Source: Balanoglossus misakiensis (taxonomy: Eukaryota > Animalia > Hemichordata). Taken from it: a stretch of DNA of 64,000 bases. Both the position numbers and the translations under genes were made by a program. Below the pieces are notes generated by a model, which was not told where the DNA came from, searched no databases, and saw only the letters and a list, made by a program, of their open reading frames with translations. Positions 40,418 to 54,400 of this stretch are shown in pieces (position 1 is the stretch's first letter; each line of letters opens with the position of its first letter). The DNA is taken from positions 10,076,190-10,140,189 of the forward strand of contig CM082584.2 in NCBI GenBank assembly GCA_040954595.2, read 5' to 3'.

Positions 40418-42095
40418 GTTTGGAATGGCAATAACCTGTCGGCTGGTGATGATCAGCAGCACCAAGCCTAGCCAGCCAGGTTACTCATCACTACGCATGC
40501 TCGATGTTGTGTGGCATCGTCACTTCCGGCCGAGGCTGCCAATGACATCCGACCACACTGCACTGTTACCTGGATGCCACCAGGATTTGGATTGATGCCA
40601 GCTTCATCATCACACCAAGTCAAAGAATGATGCCACTGTCGGCTGAAATCAGCGCGAGGTTGACTTGTATTTTTTTCATATTGAGTTAGGGTACTACAAA
40701 CTTATGGATGCACTGTTGTATTTCAAACTTAGATAAAAACTTATGCATATTGACATTTTACTCATCCTGAATGTAGTTTTTAAATCCTAGACTGTGCTAA
40801 AGTCGAATGGTATATCCAAACTTTTGTATTTCTGTCAGTACATAAAATGATTATGTGAACCACACATTATATTGTTATCATCAAACATTTGTGACTTTTT
40901 ATCACTTTTGTGACTATTGCATGTTATCTGTCTACATTAATGTAAGTACACGATGGCTAGTCGACTAAGTAAATCAACAGTAAACTTATATATGTGTGCA
41001 ATAGTTGATATCTAGGATTAAGGCAAGTTTAGGTGTAATCGGTAGTCAAGGGATAAGGCATCCTGATAAAATAAAGATTTCACAACAAATCACAAGGAAG
41101 TTAACAAATTAAGCTAACACTATATAAATTCACGATTCACCAATATTACATAGAACATTATTCTGCATGTGTATTTACTCATATCAATTACATACAATAA
41201 ATCCGATGAAGAAAAATGTGAACCTCTGACATTCTCGACTCAGGTTATTTACACTGTTCAATGATTCACTTGTAGCACGAACGCAACTAGTACTCCCGCA
41301 CCCTGCGCGTTGGACACAGCCTATACAGGTAGCACATTATGAGTTTATCGAAACCGTCAATAATAACGCAACAGACGAATTCACCTCCGCGCATCAAATC
41401 TAAAGGATATGTGAAATGTAGATTTGAGTTACAATTAATACCATGATCCACGACACAGAAGGATTACTCAAACATTGATCGACGAGATAATACAATATTT
41501 TATTTGTGAAGTTGGGTGCACCTGTGACTAATCTTCAAATACTGTAATTCGACATATATTTACGAAATGTAAATGGAATTCATTTCAAAATTACATCGAT
41601 TTATGATTTATTTGGTAGTAAATGTAATAAGAACAGTCCTATGGGTGAAAAACTGAAAATGTTTTGGAATTAAATCAACACCAATTTAGTGAGTAAATAC
41701 GCAGATAATTCTGTCATTGAGTTAATTTTTCTGCATTTTTATGAGGTTGGAAATGAATTGTTTATTGTGGTGTCGCAATCTGTGCCGCTTGCTCGACATG
41801 ATTGTCACAGCTGGTGTTAATGCAATCGTGCCACCCTTCTCTCCTGGCCAGCAACTGCTTGTCAGTCGTGCACATTACAGTCTCTGTTAGAGCCCAGTTT
41901 CGCGAATGGTGATCACCCCCGACAGGAGCAAACCTAGTTCTCCAGAACGATACACACACGTCACCGCGGCAACCGTCAATGAAGCTGCAGCTGAGATATG
42001 CCGCGAAACCGTTGGCGTTCTTAAACCGCGTTTGCTGTGGCGGCCGCCATTTTGTTTCGGGCCTTGCCTGGCGCAGCTGTCGTAACGTTAGAACC

Positions 42096-43942
42096 ATGAT
42101 GGAACAGTACTTCCACGTACGGACTCTGCCGATGTACTCGCTGGCGAATTCGTGTAAGATACTGATCCTATTTATCTGCGTGGCGCTGGCAGTTTTAACG
42201 TACGTCACGTTCTTTTCCATCATACAATCGAAACTGTCTATGACTGATGACGACGCCAAAAGGTAAGCAAACTCCCTCTTTAGCATATTTTGCTGCTTTG
42301 CTCCTATTTTACACTGTGCATATTGGTGTGCACGGTATTTATTATCAATAATAACGCCAGTATGTACCCGGTTCGGTTTCTACCTGCCTTTCTCTGCTAA
42401 AATATTTTGCTTTATCTTACTTTTTTTTATATGAGAAATTACATTTGGCATACCCGTAAAAGGTTTAGGGGCAGCGAGTTCAAAATAGAATAAGCTGGGT
42501 TATTGGAACCACACATTTTTTTTCTCATTGGCCTAAGTAGGCACGTAGGTACATTACGCGATTATAATAAATGGATTGTAACTGCATATGTGCCTGATAT
42601 GGTTATTGTATGTCTGCGCATTGTCCATTCAATATTTGGACTTTGCTAGTCACATCTAGTCAGCTAACAATAATGCTTTTGTATAAATTCAAATTTGGTA
42701 AACAAGTTGCGCCATTTGGTGGAACTGTTTGAGCCATTATTGGTTATTACATTTAAAAATGGAAACAAATGTAGTACAGTGAAACTTGTCATTACGGACA
42801 CCTCTCTTATGAGGACACCTCTTTATTAAGGACACACTTCCAGTCCCAGAGGTGTCCTTAATAGACAGGTTTCACTGTACTACAAACGTTTAATAATAAT
42901 TGTACACGCGCATACATACAATGTTGATAATAAACTTACCTGTGTTTTTTTCCATAGTAGACAAGATCTTCCTTGGAAAAAAGACGTGCCGTGGATACCG
43001 AAACGGAACACTCTCCCGAATTTCTTCCTGCGGAAAAGGGTCGTAGATGGTCGAAAGTGGCCTCCAAACGACTATTACAGAAGCGGTGTCATCGTGTTCG
43101 TGCATAACGCCAAAGCTGGGGGCGCGACCATGCGACAGTGTATAAAGGGCCTACGTCGGCCATGGAACAAAACTGCACCTGTTAGTCTGTACAGCGCCAT
43201 CTCCGACGAACTGAAAAGTTCCTACAACCTGTTGGCCAATGCCAGCCAGGTGGTGCACGGCAACGAGATGTTCTGGGGAGACATGGCCATCGGCGTCTGC
43301 GACTACATCGGGAAACCCTGCTCGTATTTCACCATCCTGCGTAACCCGTACGACCGCGTCGTCGCCTCGTATCTCATGTGTCGTGATCGCAAGCACAAAC
43401 CTCACATGTGCATGTACAAGCGGGCCGACAGGATGACGCTGAAGGAGTGGGCGCTGTACCAGGGAAGCCTGACCTTCGACCAGCTGCTGCACAATCCAGA
43501 GTTCCTGTCGGAGAAGTCCAAGTATTCGAGTCTGGTCTACGGGGCCACGAACGAAACACACCGCCGCATCAGCAACTTCGCCTGGATGGAGAACAGGCAC
43601 TTCTTGAATCACATCCTGAGCGAGAGCCAGCGGCAGGAAATCCTGCAGTACGTCCTCGTCAACCTCAAGTCCTGGTTCGCAGTCATCGGTCTCACCGAGC
43701 GATACGACCTCTCGTTTCAGTTCTTCGAACACGTGTACCAACTCCCGTTCTATGCCCGGTGCGCCAGTCCCAGGGAGGCCTTTCAGACTGACGTTGTGCG
43801 CACACGGAAAATGGTCGACGAGCTGAGAATGGACCCGGACGTAAGAACGGCACTGTATTACGATCTCGAAATCTACAGAGTTGCGCGGGAAATATTTCAC
43901 CTTCAGGTGGAGGAATACAACTTAGAGAGGAGCTATGGGTAG
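42096..43942 (+). CDS. Golgi type II membrane sulfotransferase (Sulfotransfer_2-like; HS2ST/Gal3ST superfamily); about 383 aa, 2 coding exons
   Basis: Exon 1 42096-42262 (TM ILILFICVALAVLTYVTFFSII; donor AG|gtaag). Exon 2 42958(or 42961)-43942. 5'-PSB-like VFVHNAKAGGATM, 3'-PB-like YFTILRNPYDRVVASY, FAVIGLTERYDLS, C-terminal YDLEIYRVA. Confidence 0.88.
42777..42877. mobile_element. 101-bp TA-flanked MITE (pogo/Tigger/Tc1-mariner type) in the sulfotransferase intron
   Basis: TA|CAGTGAAACTTGTCATTACGGACACCTCT ... AGAGGTGTCCTTAATAGACAGGTTTCACTG|TA, with internal GGACAC subrepeats. Confidence 0.85.
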
Positions 43943-45649
43943 ATGGGACACAGCTGTGGATAAGGCAAAGACAGTAGAAGACTCTATACAGTCTTTATAT
44001 GATAGATAGGGACTGACGGAAATTAATCAAAGGATATTCAGTCAGTCACATTCTGAAAATGGAACTCCCCCATGATGTATTGTAAAGTTGGGCAGAATGA
44101 ATATTAGTGGAAATGAAAGTTCTGTTGAAATTGTTCACGTAGGGATCGCATAATAGGAAAATAAATTTTTTGCTCATATTTTCGTATTTATTTGAGTTGT
44201 AAACTATTCAAACTATTGTATCTACTTCAAATACATTTCTCATCAAACAAAGAAAGTCTTGAATAAAAACATCGGGGACGCATTTTAAATTTTGTAACAA
44301 TAGCTTGATATCATGTATATCCAGAAATCTTGCACTATTTCAGCATGGACTAAAAAATGTAAAGATTTGTGACTGTTGCGGGCAAATTGCTGGTCACGTG
44401 ACCCGTCTATACCCAACGCTAACAAAAGGTTTCAGCTGCGCTTCCCAACATATAAGATTTCCAAAAAATATACAGATTATAGGGATTTGATTACTCTGCC
44501 TTAGAGATTACCCCATTGATTGTTTCCTATCATTTTACCTTGAAACAGGAAATAAATGATTTAATACGTACTGTAGTTTCAGTGATGTCGGATGTTGATA
44601 AGATTGATGAGAGTGGACATTTTGGAAAAATAATTACCAACGCTAATCTCAAAGAAGAAAAGGACAAAACTGAAGAACCTGGGGCCATGATTAATTACTT
44701 TTATAATATACCTCATGCTAATACTGTGTCTTGATTCGCCAGAATCCGTCACGTGATAGGAAAATAGAATCGACTATGAATCCCAAGGGAAATAGCAGAA
44801 AATATATAAACCGGTCACGTGACCAACATGAGTTCACAGACTCGGGTCACGTCAATCAGCATCGCATTGTCTGACACAATGGCCAACGCTGAAGATGTCG
44901 TCTGCCAACCTCAAGAGAAAATTGCAAGATATTCCCAACTTTTAGCATGAGGTTTATTATAAAACACCTATGGCCTGGCCTATACTCGGGCCATAGCAGC
45001 CGTTTATCACCCCCGAGGGGCTGTGAGTTACCAGAACCACATGCTATTTCCATATATAATACACTTACATTTTTATTATTTATAAATAATTCATTATATA
45101 TAAAGAATTGCGCAAATTATTTATTATATGCATATAATAGACTGGCGCTGACATTGTTTAGAAATAAGTTACTTATAAATTATCACGACTTAAATGGTTT
45201 GCAAATCTAGTTATATACATACAAGTATGTTAAATAATGACTTGTATCAATTGACATGTATCAATTGCGGTTGAGTTGACCCGCGAAGTAATTTGGACAT
45301 GACACCGTAGTCACCAAGCTGCTTGCAGCTATAGCTATGTAAAAATTGGCGTTGCTAAGGGCAACCCAGCAACATCTTCCCGCAAGGCACCACCCAACCC
45401 AACACCCTGTTTTTGAGTAGTACCAGTTCCTGTATTAACAACAACCCCGTTCCCATGGGAATTATCCCTTCCAACACGGTCAGGCTGAATTGTCTTGACC
45501 CTGATATGACAGCACTTCAGGCGTTACCGCCGCCTGACGCATGAGGGCGCTGTCCACTATGCACTTACAATGTATCATGTTTACAAACAAGAGTGGTACA
45601 GTAAAATATGTACAAAAGACAGGCTTCGTACATTATTTAGTAATTATTC

Positions 45650-45740
45650 AAAGCATGCTTGAACCAGAAAAATACCTTTGCGAAACTACAGAATCAAAAT
45701 ATAGATATGCACTAGCTCGAATGAGATGTTTATGTCTTGG
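45650..45740 (+). mobile_element. Short non-LTR retrotransposon (LINE) ORF2 C-terminal fragment
   Basis: LEPEKYLCETTESKYRYALARMRC resembles the E.YL......R.ala.fR.s.H motif at the C terminus of CR1/L2/RTE-type ORF2 proteins. Confidence 0.45.
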
Positions 45741-46564
45741 TTCTCTCAAACCCGGAATCAAACTTGCTGTTGAAAACAACCTCCCCATCCTGCGTATCCC
45801 CCATATAAGTAGCCATGATGTACAATATTGACCGGACACAATGCTTTTTATGTAAAAAACAACACCAATCTAAAATCGGACTGTCAACACAGAGATCTGA
45901 ACGGACGATGAATGCCTAAAAATAGCTCTCAAATCACAGCAAATGATGGCGACACAAAAGACCAAGGGATGTGTTGCGCTGACCTGCGTGAACAGATCCC
46001 GTAAGGAGTACGGTGCCCAGAGTGCAACACGCCCCCCCAAACTCTCGTGGCCTCTTTTGCATTCACACAACAATACAACGGTTCTCATCAAACAACATTC
46101 CCCGACCAAACCTGACCGCTGCGTCGAGCCAGACTTTGACGGATATTCGAAAGGAGCTTCTGAACCCAAGTTGCCCTTGACGACGGAAGCCCGGGCCGGA
46201 CGTTCCTCCTCGACGGTAGCGTCTCGTCGAAGAAATCTGCCCACACCTAGCTGCTAAGTTAAACACGTCTTAGATCTCGCGATCAGTGACCCGGGGCTGG
46301 CTATCCGGTAGGGATAAAACAGAATTAAGCAGGAAAAGAATCTTCGGGTTCCTTCTCCAAGCTAATGCTCCTCAAAACACATGTCAACTTCTGATTGGCG
46401 TAGAACCAAGGGCGCGATGGGGAAACCCCTCCATCCTTAGCTTGTCAATCATAGAAGACAGCCCAGAAACGTTCACCATGGCAACATCACCACGCAAGAG
46501 AAGCCACACAAAAACACCATGCCAAATAATAAATTTAAGCACATGGAATAGCAATTCCATAACA

Positions 46565-46625
46565 GTATGTATGTACATGTATGTATGTATGTATGTAAAT
46601 GTATGTAGGCCTATGTATCTATGTA
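46565..46625. repeat. Degenerate (TATG)n microsatellite
   Basis: gtatgtatgtacatgtatgtatgtatgtatgtaaatgtatgta... Confidence 0.75.
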
Positions 46626-48457
46626 TAACTGAAATCAGACGTGTCATCTTCTGAAAGCTCTTTAGGTCGAAAACATTTTAATACACAGTCTCCAATAATC
46701 TCCAATAAATAAATTTGTCAACCACTAGAATCCGGAGTTATTGTTTTCTCCTTTCTATTCAAATAGGGATCAAATTGCAGCTGTTACACAGAAATCCTCC
46801 CAAGCCGATAAACATATGTGGAACTATTCCCCTCTCGAGATTTGAAATACGCGAAACAAACGCAGACGAGTGCTGTGTTTGTTGCCATTGGGTACAGCTG
46901 TGTCTCTCAATAGGATTTCTTTGGAGATTATAGAGAGCATTTCCCATGTTTCGAGCGTTTGCGAACTTTGGCATGGGATGTCAGAAAGATTACGAGTGCG
47001 TATAGTCTTGACTTCTAAATCCTTCACAGATAACGATGTCTGATACTTCCGATCTGTCCGTCGTTCTTGTAATATGTTTTGTATAAAGTCTCCGTCGTGT
47101 CTGTAGTCTCTGGTCGCGATGGCAACACTCGGCATGGCGCAACCCAGAGGTCGCGGAGCTACTCTCACGGGGTGATGCAGACTATTGTCTGAGAGAGGCA
47201 AATCTGAGGTTAGGGATCATGATATGTCAGATCAGTATTTAACAAAATGGCCTCGGGTGACGACATCTTATACTTTGACACCCATTAGGCGACGGCAACA
47301 ACATCAGCTGACAGCAGATGCCTACGCGCGTGTCCACTTCAATTTCATCAGTAAATGACTGGTTTACGTCACCCAATTGAGAAAAAAAAATATTTGCACA
47401 ATAATCCCATGATACCCATTTTCTTTATTCCGACACCCAAATGACAATACAGAGAATAAACGCCAGAAAACAGGAGCGAAGAATGCAGAAACTCCCGAGA
47501 CAACCTGTCACCAAAATAATTTTATTCCAGTCGTTCTTTATAGAAGCAATTCCAGTATCGTAATATACAATTTACATTTATCATATACAGGTAATGCACA
47601 GAAATATTTTAAATATATATTTTTAAATTGTATACAGAAAACTATATCATTCACTATTTACACGAGAAGCCTTTTGTAAATTTAAGTACACAACACAGGA
47701 GTAATAATACTGAAAGTTAGTTTTCGTGTTATTTTTTTGTGTGAAGAACAGATACACCACATGCACTAAAATCTACCAGTTCAACAATTGAACGCACATT
47801 TCAAGATACGGCAGTCATTTCATTGGTTACCTTGGTGTAAAGCATATATCGTTTAAAATATGTATTTTGGGGGCATGTCGTGTATTTGTACTGGGACTTC
47901 TTGAGGTCTCCATATCTGCGTAGGCCAATTGAATACTGTATTTTGCAATTGAAAACTGTATTTTTTGTTTGTGCTATTTCTCCCCCCCCCACCCCCTCCC
48001 AGGTATCTGTCAATGGGGAAGTCCGCATCCTTTATCCCGACAAACTTTGACGTCACAGTTGCAAGTCAAGGTCGCGTGGCAACAGTTTGTTGATGCACTC
48101 TACGCAAACAAACACCGTAAAACACCACATGGTAGTCATGCAAGACCGGCGAAACTCCGGGCAAGCGGAAAAGTTCAGAGGGACGAATTACATGTAGCAC
48201 TTATTCTGAAGAACAGAACCACTACCTTCTACATTACACGAAAACTATTTGTACTCTGAATGCCAAGGAGGTTGTTTTTACTTCAATCCCAAAGTCCCAG
48301 CCGGATTAAATATTAAATACCCCCACCCCAGCCCGACCCAGATTTGATAAGTAATTTGGCGATATGGTCCATCCGAATGCCATTTTTGGTGATTCAGAGC
48401 TAAGTCTTGTGTCCCGCCTAGAGTTGACTGATGGATCGCGGTCTAATTGCTGTATGG

Positions 48458-51400
48458 TTAACGCAGTAAGTCTGATCCCTTCTCATTCTCGACTATCACT
48501 GTAGCCCTCTTGGAGAGGAGAACGTCAGCGTGCATGACATCATCGCCGGCATCTCTGAGCTGTGCCTTCAGCTGATTCACCAAGTCGTGCAGATCGTCGG
48601 CCGCGCCTCCTCCCAAGACTTGGGACTTCAACTTCTCGACCACATCTCTGCTCGGCGGGGCGCTCTTCGGCAACATTTGCTTCAGGTCGACCAGGCGCTC
48701 GCCGCCGCACTTCTCGTAGAAGGGCATGCCGTAGACGTTTTCCAGCATCCTCAGACACCCGTCCATGTCGGCTGTGGTGCAGACGACGGCGAACCACCTC
48801 TCCAGGCCTTGATACGCCATGTCCAGGGCATCCTGCTCGATTCCGTCCATCGCCTCGTCCAAATTGGCCTCCCCGTCACAGGAGGCGTGACTCTGCAGAA
48901 CTTGGTGGAGGAGGTAACTGCCGTGATCTTTTGCCCATTGCGTTAAACTGACCGTTTCAGGGTCAATCCCCCCACAGTTGGCCCTGTTGGCGAGGCAAGC
49001 GATGTACGTGGTCACCGCACGGTCGTATGGATCAGATATTATCGTGAAGTACGAACAGGGGACTCCCGCCTGTGTGTAATCGCACGCTCCGAGCACACAC
49101 TCTCCTACGACCACACCGGGCTCGTGTGCTTCGTCTTTTTTCATCTTCAGGTCGTCGTAGAATTCGGCGAAGTTTTGGTCCGTGACGATGTCGTTCTTCA
49201 CTCCCATCTCTCTGAGGCAAAGCTTCATCAGCTGACCCCCTGAGTTCTGGTTCTGCAGCATCACCGCCAAGCCGCCCCGGTAGAAATCGTCGGGGGGAAC
49301 CAGTTCGCCGGTGGCGGGGTTTCGGGTTCGTTCGAAGAAGTTGGGGACGACGTTCTCCTTGTTGAAGCTTCTGAGCTGCGGTGGAACCCTCACCCCGTTG
49401 ATAACCGTGACATCACCCGAGGGGCCTGGACCACCTTGCTGGGCTCCCGCGTTTCCACTGTCAAAGACAGACGAACATGAGTTTAGTGGTATTCATGCAG
49501 TCTCGGGGGTAAAACTGTAAGCTTCAGTATTCAAGTAACGTGGCCTGCTTTCAGTGACAAAACAGTATATATATTCTTCAAAATATACTATTCTACATTC
49601 CAAAGGCGATGCTCATTTATTTTTCACGCACTTCTGGCTGTTTGGAAAATAACCCCTCACACGCTTCAATATAGCAAAGAATGAAAATGTGTTGACGGCC
49701 TACTTTAAGTCTATCCGCAAGGCGCATGCTTCATATAGTCACCTCTAATTTACATACACGCATGCCTATATATGGCCAAAGCCTTCTAATGACCATGTCA
49801 TGACACACTTGTCTCTGCGTGTGACACCCATTGAAAATCAGTGATTGACTATACTTGGATTAAATGGGTTAAATATGCATAATTATGTGGTCGTAAATCT
49901 TGAAGTCGCAAAACCAGCCTGAGGCGCAAAATTCTGACGCGGCATTTCCCACCAGTCTTTGATGTAGGTGCACAGAAATAATAGAACGACAACTCTATTC
50001 CATGGAATTAGATTAAGCATTGAATTCCACGCAGGAAATTCACTGAACATAAAAAGGAATAACTCCGGAGTCGGGGATTTTGTGACCTTTGGCAGCTGAC
50101 AATGGACGGTGAAATTTCACAGGTACTTATACCGTCACATCTGGTGCGGCTGTTGTGTGCAAAGGCAAATCCGACTTTTCAATGTATTGTCCACTGCCAG
50201 CCACGCGGAAATACTGTTGAAGGATCTCCGTCAATCTCTCTCTCCTGCACCACATTTCATGGTTCAATATATCCCTACTTGATTGTGTGAATAATTGAAC
50301 GCCAAAGGACGGGTCCCGGCTTGGAAAAATTAATCCATTCAAAATTATGATATTGCATAACTGTAAAGCTTTAGTCTGACATCAGTATATCTGAAGTCCA
50401 TCTACATTCTGAGCTTATGGGACTTCAGGACCTAGTGAAGATTAGGCCCACCGTGTACTATGCCAGTTTCAACGCGTTAATGAATTACATGTACAAGTTA
50501 TCCTGATAAAATGACCGGAGTATCTCGAGTTCACTTTTCATATAATTGCGTCGAGAATTGGTAGAAAACCAACATTTGCTATTTATTTTCTTTTTCTTGA
50601 AATTTTGCGAACAAAATTTAATTGAGTGGTCGAATAAAAATATTTTACGCCATTTTCAATTTTAAGACACACGTTTAAAATCACGTTTTTTTGCAATGGT
50701 GAAACATTGCATTTCTATCGTTTATCGGCCAAATTTACGACCTTACATTTCATACACTAACGCGACGACTCTTAATTAAAATAATCCATTGCTAAGTCTT
50801 CTACTTGACAACACAAGCTGTAACTTCCTGCCCTTTATCATAAACCACAATACATATGGCCTTGTGAGGGGGAGGCTTAACATTCCTATAGTAGAGTATT
50901 GGGTAAATGCCCTGGGAATGGAGTTCCACATGAACAAGATTTACTATAGTTAACTTCCTGGATGTCCATATATACATTACGTGCGTCCCCATACATGTTA
51001 TTCATGCTGTAAACTGCATGGTATTTTTGTTTACAAAATGTTCGTGTTTCAAGGGTTTCTAACCTTTTTTCTGCGACCTACCAAGGTTTAAATTGAGAAA
51101 CAAAAAACGGGCTTACTCTATACGTAAATTGTGGCCTCCGTCCACAGTGATCGAAATAGGTTAAACCTACCCGGCCGGTCGCGTGATGCCAAACAAATAC
51201 GTCACTGCCACCGCCTGTGGCATATAATCACATGATAAAAACCTTGCACAGCACAATGTTGGCACAATACCACCAGAAAAGCAGAACTGTCTAACATAAA
51301 TGTGAAGTATATAATGTTTTGCATAAAGATCTAGTCACCTTTCAAAACGTACACTGTGTGGCTATATCATCACTTCTTCAATGGCCAGCTGCCAATTCGG

Positions 51401-54400
51401 CTCACTAAAGCATTTCTCGGAAGACAGGCTTTGTTTTGGAAAGCCGTCCCTTCCAAATTCTATCGTGGAAAGCCGGATTTGTTAAATACAAAACCAACGC
51501 ATGTCGCCTCGCGTACTTTGGTAACAGAGCAAATGCCATTACAAAGAATGCAGTGACCGCACTCTGGCAAAAAACACAAAAACAACAAAAACTTTATATG
51601 TAAGATCCATATAATGCAAAAAGTTGACATTTAATGTACATTATGGCTACACTCCAGCTGTCGTAACTATACGCCCCTGGATATAGTATAGTGAAGCCGT
51701 TTATAAGAGTGTCAGAACTTTTCCCAAAATAATACATTATTGTACAAAGCAAAGAATTGGGTCTCATGTAATTATGTTTGTTTTCTGATGATATGCTAAA
51801 CGAGTAGAACTGACCTCTTCTTCCAATACCGTAATCATTTCCCCAAATCACTTGCATGGGACCACGTGATAAACAAACTGGCGTGTCTGAGTTGGGGCGC
51901 CACCTGGTGACCGTATTAGATCGCATCGCTAAACAATTCACTGCTTTTTATTTGCGTCATGCTCTATCGATCTTTGCAGTAAATTTATAACTTTCAATTG
52001 ACAAGGACATCATTTCTGTATTATTCAGGGACGAAGGTAAAGGTGTGCCTCAATGGAGGTAAACGGGAGTGAAAGGGTTAAAGAACTTTTCACTTTATGC
52101 TAAGGGGCCATTTGCACTTCCACTTGTTAATCATGACAGAAAGCCGCCATCTTGAAATTATGTCGACCACATAAGACTTTTATGACTCACTTAGGTGGCA
52201 AAAACTATTTAAGGTAGATTAAGGTAGCGAGAATTGAAATCTTTCTGGATATCAAGAAGTATAAGTTGTTGAAGTAAGGAAAAATGAAAAAAAAATCCAA
52301 CATTAGTTAGTTACTGATACATGTCAAACACAGACGTCATATCATCAACTGTCGTGACGTCATTGGTCTCTAAAATTACAACATCGGAATGAATCAAGCT
52401 AAGTCTCCAGAGAATCCACAAATTACACGGGGATTACAATTTCCTGTATGATATCATGAATGGTGTCTTAGTTGGACCAGCACTCGATACCTGACAAACA
52501 ACATTTAGCTGACTACATGTTCTAATAGTTTACTTTTCAAACGTATGTTCATGTTATACTGTATTAAACGTTGTGGTTCCCGTTTGACTTCATTTGAAAA
52601 AAAAGTAAATGTTCAGTTTCCATTTCACGATGTCCAATGGTCTATTAACAAACCGGACGTTTTTTTAGACCTTTGCAGTTGACAGATTTGGCCCAAAATG
52701 GATCGTCTTCATAGTTCGCCGGTGGACTAGGTGTTCTGAACTGAATTGAACATTTACACGATGTCAGTATTGCGCATTATTTGTTCGAAAATTCTGTAAA
52801 TGTTATCGTTCTATAAGGCATATGTCGCATTTGTTCGACGATTACGGTTTCTCGGGATACGCGCAGTTGCTATGCCACATTTAAAAACTCTCGAAACGGT
52901 GTATATATCGTCATTCCTCACGATTTTGCCCAACATAATTTACACAAAATTGCATATCTTAGCTTGAAGTATGTAGTCAAACTGTCACACGAAGGTTTTA
53001 TGCAAATTCAACGTTTGCCTTTTTTCCAATTCTCCGCTGTACTGAAGATCAACAAGTAAACCATATTTGGAAATATCAAACTCGACACGAAACATTGTCC
53101 ACGTGTTACATTCCCAGTTTGAACATTTCAACAAGAAAACGCTGGTAAAGTAGATGTGAGAACTGGAGCTATCGGTCCATTAACATTAATGCGCGTGGAC
53201 TGGCAATTTGACAAACTTTTTCCCTCTATCTTATTGGTATAGGCAAGAAGATAAAATGTGAAATGTTTTCCATAAGTATCGTTGTTTACCCTTTACAAGT
53301 GGGGACTTGCTCTGGTAAATACTTTCACTGGGGGTTTCTCTCTCCCTCTTTAAATACAAGAGAAATCCTCCTTACCCCTCTGCCAGTTGTTCGTCTTCGG
53401 GTTGCTCAACATCCTTGGTGACAGCGAGACCGATGGCAACGCAAACTCCGATGGCTACCACCAGCCCAAGAATGGCCAACTTCTTCCAGTGGCGCTGAAG
53501 CACGTCCGTGATGGGCATGATGACGTCTGGAAGTCGCAAAAACTCCCGGTTGTGCTGAGAATACAAACAAACCAAATCGATAGGCGACAGCGACAGAAAG
53601 AAAAACTCCTGGCTGTTGCAAAAAAAATTGACGGCAGACCAAAGCTATACAGAGGTGCCGATAGAATATTTCCACACGTCAGCAAATCGGTGATCAGTTG
53701 TCAAGGATAATGTACTTAGAGACGGACAGAGTGGCGATCTCTGCTCCCATTGGTCGGACACTCGAATGGGTGTGCTTTCTGTAGTTTATCGGGATTAAAG
53801 ACAAAATTCGGAAGTGTTGTGACGCACCACGACGTCACAGATCAATCATCAGGATTGATAGAAAGATTCTCTGTGCCGGGGGGTCAAGCTGTATAATATA
53901 CGATACCGGGATGCGCCCCAAATGAATTTTAATGCGTTATATATTAAATGGCCGAGAAGTGCTGCGGACCAGCTGCTTTCCCTGTAATCGCATCAACGCA
54001 ACATGAGTCCTTTGCATCAAACTTTTTCTTTTTGTGCAACGCTTTAGAAAATATATCACTGCTGGTGTGTGGATACAGCTATTTTTTACCACGGCACATT
54101 TGTATACGGACAGGGTTTGCTTAAGCGGTCGTATACGCCATACTCTAATTGGTTCCAGTGGTGCAAATACGGAGGGGGGGGGGGGATGTACGTCTTGACT
54201 TTTTGCGGCTTTTGCGGGTGAACGCTCTTGTGTTCTGGGAAGAGGTTAGCATTGCGTCAAAATTGGTCATTTTGTCCCCTGAAACTTTCAAAACCCTAAA
54301 ACCATTAAAAGAATCTCGCTGATTGGTTGACTGAGTACAAGTTACATCATGGATGTCAATGGTACGTCCATTGTTACAGTAACATTTTAACTTGACTGAA

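Noticed and set aside
45870-46654. Overlapping 100-124 aa ORFs on both strands
   Set aside because: No recognisable domain or splice structure; may be an unidentified repeat remnant.
51171-51214. 44-nt minus-strand candidate exon (AVAVTYLFGITRPA) inside the sulfotransferase-like gene
   Set aside because: It has AG and GT borders, but its length would break the frame between the exons at 53376 and 49457, and nothing else supports it.
52060-52082. piggyBac-like end (GAAAGGGTTAA); similar motifs near 8620, 49870 and 56740
   Set aside because: No matching opposite terminus in the correct orientation was found.
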